Positions 58,391 through 64,000 of a stretch of DNA of 64,000 nt are shown here, in pieces. This DNA is from an uncultured Gammaproteobacteria bacterium (GTDB lineage: Bacteria > Patescibacteriota > Microgenomatia > Levybacterales > UBA12049): contig CAYQEE010000003.1 of NCBI GenBank assembly GCA_964416445.1, positions 65,946-129,945 on the forward strand. Direction: 5' to 3'. The notes below the pieces were generated by a model. That model searched no databases, was not told the DNA's origin, and worked only from the letters and a program-made list of their open reading frames with translations. Position 1 is the stretch's first letter. Each line of letters begins with the position of its first letter. The position numbers and the translations under genes are program-made.

Positions 58391-59743
58391 TTATCGTACT
58401 CTCAGTAATTTGGTTTTCTTTAAGTTATAATAATATGTATATAAAAAGATAATTACTTCAATACCAAGAAGTCTTTGTATCTTCTTTTCGAAATGGTACC
58501 TACGTAATGCAGCTGAGTATGATAACGTCGTGTGAACAATAAGTGTATATAAAGAATGAAATTTATTAGGTAACAAACTTTCAAGTTTCATTTCAATAGT
58601 GCTTCTTGCAATAAATGTAGGACATTCATATTTATCTTTTAACTCAATAAATCGTTTTTTGCATAAGTCAGCTAAAACATAAAGATTTGGTTTTCTAAGA
58701 GCTTCATAGGCCGAAAAAGCTTTTTCATAATCAGGATAATATTTTTCAAGAGATTTAGATAAAACGAGACAATCTTCAAATGCAGCATTTATACCTTGTC
58801 CATAAAATATTGTTACTGCATGGCAAGCATCTCCCAATAATACAACAAAATCTTTAAAATGCCATTTAGATGTATAAAGCGTCGTAAATGGTGTAGGTAT
58901 ACTTTTAATAAATTCTTCTGCTTCAGGGTGAATAAATGGATAAATGTCAGGGAAATATTTTCTAAAAAAACGTAATAAGGAAATTTTTGATTTTATTGTA
59001 TTGAAACTATTTTTTCCTCGTAGTGGTAACGTGAGTGTACAAGTAAAAAAGCCTTTTTTATTAGGAATTCCAAAAATTGCACATTTATTCCGTGACCATA
59101 AATGAAATGCGTTTTGTTTGAATGGTAAAGTGCCTTTTTTGGGAGCAGGTATATAAATATTTTTATATCCCCAATCTAAATATTCCAGTTTAGCTTCTGT
59201 ATACTTTTTCTTTTGTAACGCATTCCGCACAACAGAATGAATTCCATCGGCGCCAATCAGAACATGTATTTTTTTAATAGTAATTTTATTTAATTTAGTA
59301 TTTTTTATATGTATTTTCTTATTATCAAAATCAATATGCAAACATTTACTATCAAAATTTACTGATACATTGGGATATTTTTGTAATTCGGTTAGAAGAG
59401 CTTTATTCAGATCATTTCTATTAATTGACCATTCAGTAAATTTTTGTTTATCCCCATAAGGTTGATAAAGTAGCTCATTATCAATTTGATGGATTATTCT
59501 CCCCTTTTCTTGCAAAGTTAATTTCTGGATTTTGTTCCATAATTTTACTTCTTTTAACGCTTTGATACCTTTAACTGAAAGTGATTGATTAATAGATCTA
59601 TTGGAAATAATAGATTGGTTGATAAAATCTTTACTTCGCGACTCATAAATTTCTACAATAAATTTTTTTTGTGCTAAATAAATTGCCATTAAACAACCAC
59701 CCATACCTGCCCCAATGATCGTAATATGTTTTTTATTCGTCAT
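58391..59743 (-). CDS. kmo: Kynurenine 3-monooxygenase homologue (FAD-dependent)
   Basis: ITIIGAGMGGCLMAIYLAQKKFIVEIYESR (Rossmann), SINQSLSVKGIKAL, YPNV, GADGIHSVVRNAL, HLWSRN, FTCTLTLP, FRKYFPD, LLGDACHAVTIFYGQGINAAFEDCLVL. These are block-by-block matches to eukaryotic/bacterial KMO. A C-terminal hydrophobic tail is present. Confidence 0.75.
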   Translation of the reverse strand: MTNKKHITIIGAGMGGCLMAIYLAQKKFIVEIYESRSKDFINQSIISNRSINQSLSVKGIKALKEVKLWNKIQKLTLQEKGRIIHQIDNELLYQPYGDKQKFTEWSINRNDLNKALLTELQKYPNVSVNFDSKCLHIDFDNKKIHIKNTKLNKITIKKIHVLIGADGIHSVVRNALQKKKYTEAKLEYLDWGYKNIYIPAPKKGTLPFKQNAFHLWSRNKCAIFGIPNKKGFFTCTLTLPLRGKNSFNTIKSKISLLRFFRKYFPDIYPFIHPEAEEFIKSIPTPFTTLYTSKWHFKDFVVLLGDACHAVTIFYGQGINAAFEDCLVLSKSLEKYYPDYEKAFSAYEALRKPNLYVLADLCKKRFIELKDKYECPTFIARSTIEMKLESLLPNKFHSLYTLIVHTTLSYSAALRRYHFEKKIQRLLGIEVIIFLYTYYYNLKKTKLLRVR

Positions 59744-60031
59744 AGTGTCAAACGTATCTAAAACAACGAAAACTAATATAGGATAATTATAAGTATAATA
59801 TACTTATTTTTATAGCCTGTATTAAAGACAAGAACAATAATTATATAAATTATTATAAGATATGTCAATAGATCCCATTACTTGGTATATTCTGGATGTT
59901 CTACATGTAAGATAATGTAAGAATTTGCACTTAAAATGTTAATAAAACAATCAAATTCGAGGTATCATCTTGATTTACTGAAGAAGAAAAGGTTTAGACG
60001 AGAGGAGTTAATATTATAAGATACAATAATA

Positions 60032-61441
60032 CTATTTGATATTAATATTTAAAGTAAATGATGTATTTTGTAAACAACCTGCTGATGGATCACAGGGTGG
60101 ATTTGAAGTTATAGCAATATGGGTCATTCCAGACCTTAAGGCATGAAAAACAGCATACCAGTTATTTTGCTGGTCATTATATTTTAACCTCTCGGTCTGC
60201 AACAAATTACTTGATGGGTTTATAATTACCGAATACGTAGAATTCCTATCAAGATTAAGTTGTAATCCAACTATATCATTCCTTGCAATAGAAACAGTTT
60301 GTGCATTGTTTTCGCTGGTGTACATATAATCATTTGGGACGCTTAGCATTGGTAGAGAAATAGGAATTGAGGTTCTTCCTAAGGCAAATTTTTGTATCAC
60401 ATACGCCGCAGGGTAAAGAGTATTAGCTCCTTCTTGAACTATATTCCAACCGTCAGTATTAATATCTTGTGCATAAAATGTGTAAGCTATGGATCCAATA
60501 GTGTAATCGCTTTGTTCTTGGATAGTTGAATAGACTCCATTATAAACATTTGCTTGTAGCTCTTTGCTACCAATAGTATTTTGATCTGTAATTCTATCAC
60601 CATTTCCTGAACCGAATTCTTCAATAAGTATAGGTTTATCAGGTATATTTGAGTGAATTTGATCAATAGCGTATTGTGTTAAGTTGTTTGGATTAGGAAG
60701 AATTCCATAATTGGGCTTATCAAAACCGTAAACATGTAGAGAATAGAAATCGACAAAATTAGATAATGATTTTGCAGTATTTGGATCATCCCAAATAAAT
60801 TGGTCATCTGCATTTTTTGGATTAGGATTTTGTATTTTCCAAGCTCCTATAGTGATAAGCATAGAAGAATTTTTTTGTTTAATCCTATTTGCAGCTTGCT
60901 GGAGTACCATTAAATGATCTTGCGTAATGAGGGGTTCGTTTTTAATATCAATAGCATAAATATCAGGATTTGATATAACATTATTATCTAGTAAATAACT
61001 CTGTAAAAAATTTAAATAAGTTTGAGAGAAATCTCGAGGATTTAACTCCGGAGCTTCTACTAAAATGATTGCCTTTATGCCATTATGTTCCATTTTATTG
61101 AGTACTTTATCCCATTGGTCCTTTGTATACACTGTCAGACTATTGGTATTTGGAAAACCTTCTTCTGATGAAGTAATGCGAAATGTATTAATTCCTAATT
61201 TATGGGCGATATCAATAAGATCTTCTCCTTTGCTATTTATTACATATCGCTGTGAATCTGGAAGTAACTCGCTCATATCAACATTCACTCCGTAAATAAT
61301 TGGCCTTGTTTGATTATTTGCATGAATATTCAGATGTAAAGGTGAATATACTGACCAAATACTGTTTTTATAAGACATTAAGCCATATAGGACGGTAATG
61401 AATATTATTAAAATGATTGAAAGAACTGATATTTTTTTCAT
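60032..61441 (-). CDS. Secreted glycoside hydrolase family 5-like enzyme
   Basis: Signal/TM. IDIKNEPL (the NEP acid/base motif) and ILIEEFGS (the EFG nucleophile motif). Confidence 0.55.
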   Translation of the reverse strand: MKKISVLSIILIIFITVLYGLMSYKNSIWSVYSPLHLNIHANNQTRPIIYGVNVDMSELLPDSQRYVINSKGEDLIDIAHKLGINTFRITSSEEGFPNTNSLTVYTKDQWDKVLNKMEHNGIKAIILVEAPELNPRDFSQTYLNFLQSYLLDNNVISNPDIYAIDIKNEPLITQDHLMVLQQAANRIKQKNSSMLITIGAWKIQNPNPKNADDQFIWDDPNTAKSLSNFVDFYSLHVYGFDKPNYGILPNPNNLTQYAIDQIHSNIPDKPILIEEFGSGNGDRITDQNTIGSKELQANVYNGVYSTIQEQSDYTIGSIAYTFYAQDINTDGWNIVQEGANTLYPAAYVIQKFALGRTSIPISLPMLSVPNDYMYTSENNAQTVSIARNDIVGLQLNLDRNSTYSVIINPSSNLLQTERLKYNDQQNNWYAVFHALRSGMTHIAITSNPPCDPSAGCLQNTSFTLNINIK

Positions 61442-61530
61442 AAAGATGTTAAATTAATGTTATTTTCTTAAATATTGCCTTTTTACATTAGACTTATATT
61501 ATACAGATTAATTATCAAGTTAATGCTATA

Positions 61531-62799
61531 ATGATACAAGTAAATAGTATGATCGATAGATTTGATATAGTCAGGAAACATATAAGTCATTCCCTTTACA
61601 GAAATTCTGTATATTTAATGGCTAGTACTTTTACCCTATCTGTATTTGGCTTTTTCTTTTGGATACTAGTATCTCGATTATACACTACACAACAAATTGG
61701 TATTGCTACGACAATAATATCTATTTGTGCACTTATAATGAATTTTAGTATCTTAGGTCTACGTACAAGTATTATACGCTATCTACCAAATTCCAAAAGC
61801 AAATCTGAAAAAATAAGTACGAGTTTTAATCTTATTACGATAGCCTCTATAATAGCTTCCGTTATTTTTATCATTGGAATACCATTTTTTAGTCCAATTT
61901 TAGTGTTTATTAGAAATAACTACTTCTACTCAGCTTTATTTATCATTTCTATTATTTTCAGTACTTTAAGCCTTATGATGGACAGTATATTTACAGCCTA
62001 TAGAGCAGCCGGATACGTACTTTTTAAGAATATTGTATGGTGCAGTTTTAAACTAATCCTGCCTTTTATTCTTTTATATTTAGGTTCGTATGGTATTTTT
62101 CTTTCTTTTTCGCTATCTAATGTTATCTCTGTAGTTTTATGTTTCTTCATATTGATATATAAGTTTGGATATAAATATCGTCCTTATATTGATATAACTA
62201 TCGTTAGACTTATTGCCAAGTTATCTTTTGCAAATTACGTATCGGGGTTTATATCAATGTTACCAAGCTTATTACTTCCTGTAATTATTACCAATAATTT
62301 AGGTCCAAAAGATTCAGCATATTTTTACATTGATATGATGATAGCTAACTTACTATATATTATTCCTATTGCGTCAACACAATCTCTTTTTGCCGAAGCG
62401 TCATATGATAGTAAATTGCTCCTTCAACACTTAAAAAAAACAATACTATTAATTGGCGCACTGATGTTCGTTGCAATCATTGTGACTATATTGTGGGGAA
62501 ATATTATTCTGTTATCATTTGGAAAATCTTATTCAGATTCCGGTTTTCATCTGTTACAGTTGTTCGCAATAGCAGGTGTATTTGTTTCTATAAATTCAAT
62601 TGGGGCAACTATTTTAAATATAAAGAGGAAAATTAATCTTCTTATTGGAACAAGTTTGTTTTTTGCAATCCTTACGATAACATTAAGTATTTTCTTAACT
62701 CATTATGGTTTGATTGGTATTGGTTTCTCTTGGTTGATAGGTGAAGCAATTCTTGCTGTGATAAATTATAAAATTATCCAAAAATTAATATTTAGTTAG
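61531..62799 (+). CDS. Polysaccharide biosynthesis protein / oligosaccharide flippase (Wzx-like, MOP superfamily)
   Basis: About 12-14 TM helices in two halves, with a size and hydropathy pattern typical of Wzx/MurJ-like flippases. Confidence 0.5.
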   Translation: MIQVNSMIDRFDIVRKHISHSLYRNSVYLMASTFTLSVFGFFFWILVSRLYTTQQIGIATTIISICALIMNFSILGLRTSIIRYLPNSKSKSEKISTSFNLITIASIIASVIFIIGIPFFSPILVFIRNNYFYSALFIISIIFSTLSLMMDSIFTAYRAAGYVLFKNIVWCSFKLILPFILLYLGSYGIFLSFSLSNVISVVLCFFILIYKFGYKYRPYIDITIVRLIAKLSFANYVSGFISMLPSLLLPVIITNNLGPKDSAYFYIDMMIANLLYIIPIASTQSLFAEASYDSKLLLQHLKKTILLIGALMFVAIIVTILWGNIILLSFGKSYSDSGFHLLQLFAIAGVFVSINSIGATILNIKRKINLLIGTSLFFAILTITLSIFLTHYGLIGIGFSWLIGEAILAVINYKIIQKLIFS

Positions 62800-63973
62800 C
62801 TTTCTTATTATTTAATAGGTTTCTATAAAGATTATCTATTTTTTCGACATATTTTTCCATCGCGAAATCTTCAGAACTTTTCCGTGCATAATGACTCATT
62901 TTTTCAAGTATTTGTTGGTTTTTAAATAAATAAATTACTTTCTCTGCAATTTGTAACTCACTTTTTGATTCAATAACATATCCATTTTTTCCATTGTGGA
63001 GCCATTCTGGAATACCACCTTGATTTGTTCCAATTACTGGTCTTCCTGTACTGAGTGCTTCAATTCCTATCTTACCGAAAGCTTCAGGCCAGATTGAAGG
63101 CAATAAAACAATCGTTGCTTTTTGATAATGTTCTTCCAGTTTGTCTTGAGGTAACCAATTTATAAATTTTACATTTTTCTCAACATGCAAGTTATGAACT
63201 AATTTAAGTAAGTTTTGTTTATATTCCCCGTCTCCTAGTATTGTTAAAATAGCATTGGGAAATTCTTTAATGATAATAGGTAATGCTTTTATAGCATAAT
63301 CAAATCCCTTTACTTTTTCTATTCTTCCAATACAGAGAAGATTTTGCTGATGTATTATTTTTGAATAGCGCATCAACTGTATTCCATTATATATACGTGT
63401 ATTTGGAGTAAGAACGTCTTTTGTTTGCCGTAATATGTAGTTACTTACTGAAATAAATTGGTCAACATTTCGAAATCCCAAAAGATAGATTGGTCTTTGA
63501 ATATAAGTTTGATAGAAATAGTGTAGCCATCCTTTTAAAGTGAGATTGGCAATGCTATATTCACTATTTCTAAAATCACTTTGGGGTAATGTCCATATAA
63601 CCATAGATGAAGTAAATTCTTCAGGCCCATGAATCGTGAGTACTGTAGGAATTTTTTTTAATAAAAACAAAACTGAAGGTGAAAATTCCTGCATAGTATG
63701 TAAATGAACTATATCAGGTTGAAATTCAGCTAGTACTTTTTTTACACATAGATAGGAATGAATATTAAATAAATGGGTAAATATTTTAAGTGGTGTTTTT
63801 GTGTTAATTCTCTTAAATTGATAATCACTGAAAATTCCCTTCTCTTCACCTACGTTACTAGAAATAACTTTTACGGTATAACCTTTTTCTTTTAGTAATG
63901 CGTCGGTTTTAATAATGCCTGTCTCTACTCCCCCACCAGGGAAACCATAACTTACTAAGCGTAATAATTTCAT
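62792..63973 (-). CDS. Glycosyltransferase family 4 (GT-B)
   Basis: GGVETGIIKTDALLKEKGYTVKVI, IGRIEKVKGFDYAI, EAFGKIGIEALSTGRPVIGTNQGGIPEWLHNGKNGYVI (the E-x7-E motif). Confidence 0.75.
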   Translation of the reverse strand: MKLLRLVSYGFPGGGVETGIIKTDALLKEKGYTVKVISSNVGEEKGIFSDYQFKRINTKTPLKIFTHLFNIHSYLCVKKVLAEFQPDIVHLHTMQEFSPSVLFLLKKIPTVLTIHGPEEFTSSMVIWTLPQSDFRNSEYSIANLTLKGWLHYFYQTYIQRPIYLLGFRNVDQFISVSNYILRQTKDVLTPNTRIYNGIQLMRYSKIIHQQNLLCIGRIEKVKGFDYAIKALPIIIKEFPNAILTILGDGEYKQNLLKLVHNLHVEKNVKFINWLPQDKLEEHYQKATIVLLPSIWPEAFGKIGIEALSTGRPVIGTNQGGIPEWLHNGKNGYVIESKSELQIAEKVIYLFKNQQILEKMSHYARKSSEDFAMEKYVEKIDNLYRNLLNNKKAN

Positions 63974-64000
63974 CGATATATCCTCGATTGTCCATTATTA

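Noticed and set aside
1-64000. Mobile genetic elements (IS/transposon/prophage)
   Set aside because: No transposase, integrase, recombinase or phage structural motifs were recognised. No terminal inverted repeats flank any gene block.

Overview
The window is AT-rich bacterial chromosomal DNA with tightly packed genes on both strands. About 55 protein genes and two tRNAs (His-GTG, Arg-TCG) are called. No CRISPR array and no recognisable transposase or integrase is present.

Gene content and style (FTLIELLVVIGIL-type major pilins, dockerin and PA14 surface proteins, several very large GT-C-like membrane proteins) fit a Gram-positive-like, possibly Patescibacteria/CPR-type organism. That assignment is inference only.

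Main features, from left to right:
- 1-3.9 kb: type IV pilus locus. It holds the 3' fragment of a large protein, two minor pilins, a C-terminally anchored membrane protein, two tandem paralogous major pilins, and a small membrane protein.
- 3.9-8.6 kb: a single-domain response regulator, tRNA-His, and a secreted protein. On the minus strand there is an unusual single-polypeptide DUF1800-DUF1501 fusion (903 aa) followed by a cupredoxin-like protein.
- 8.7-13.2 kb: a GT-C-like membrane protein, an IDI-type Nudix protein with its catalytic Cys replaced by Ser, and an 811-aa PQQ-propeller surface protein ending in a dockerin.
- 14-20.4 kb: a coiled-coil/J-domain protein, a second CheY-like response regulator, then PBP1A, a GH18 hydrolase and a DacA-type D,D-carboxypeptidase.
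- 20.7-25.7 kb: a consensus sigma70 promoter driving a membrane-fusion-protein + RND efflux pair.
- 25.7-31.3 kb: an unrecognised 413-aa protein convergent with the RND gene and adjacent to a Hanks Ser/Thr kinase with TPR tail, then a GT4 + GDE-like glycosidase operon.
- 31.9-39.1 kb: an FMN reductase, a MacA/MacB-ATPase/FtsX-like efflux trio, typA, and a CE4 deacetylase.
- 39.2-41 kb: a Y-family polymerase homologue with two of three catalytic carboxylates replaced (ImuB-like, probably inactive), convergently overlapping an ATP-cone + PD-(D/E)xK nuclease-like gene.
- 41.1-45.1 kb: an 1106-aa three-module membrane protein (UPF0104-like + DUF2079-like + S9/alpha-beta hydrolase).
- 45.2-48.4 kb: tRNA-Arg, then an ICMT-family methyltransferase, a PIG-L deacetylase and an alpha/beta hydrolase.
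- 48.8-64 kb: a secreted-glycan locus. It contains GH5-like hydrolases, a PQQ + 2xPA14 surface protein, a GT-C-like membrane protein, a dual GT2 fusion carrying the processive QxxRW motif, an IPT-domain protein, a kynurenine-3-monooxygenase homologue, a Wzx-like flippase and GT4.

The candidates most worth follow-up are the degenerate Y-family polymerase / ATP-cone nuclease pair, the DUF1800-DUF1501 fusion, the three-module membrane hydrolase, the dual-GT2 synthase locus, and the unknown 413-aa protein next to the Ser/Thr kinase.
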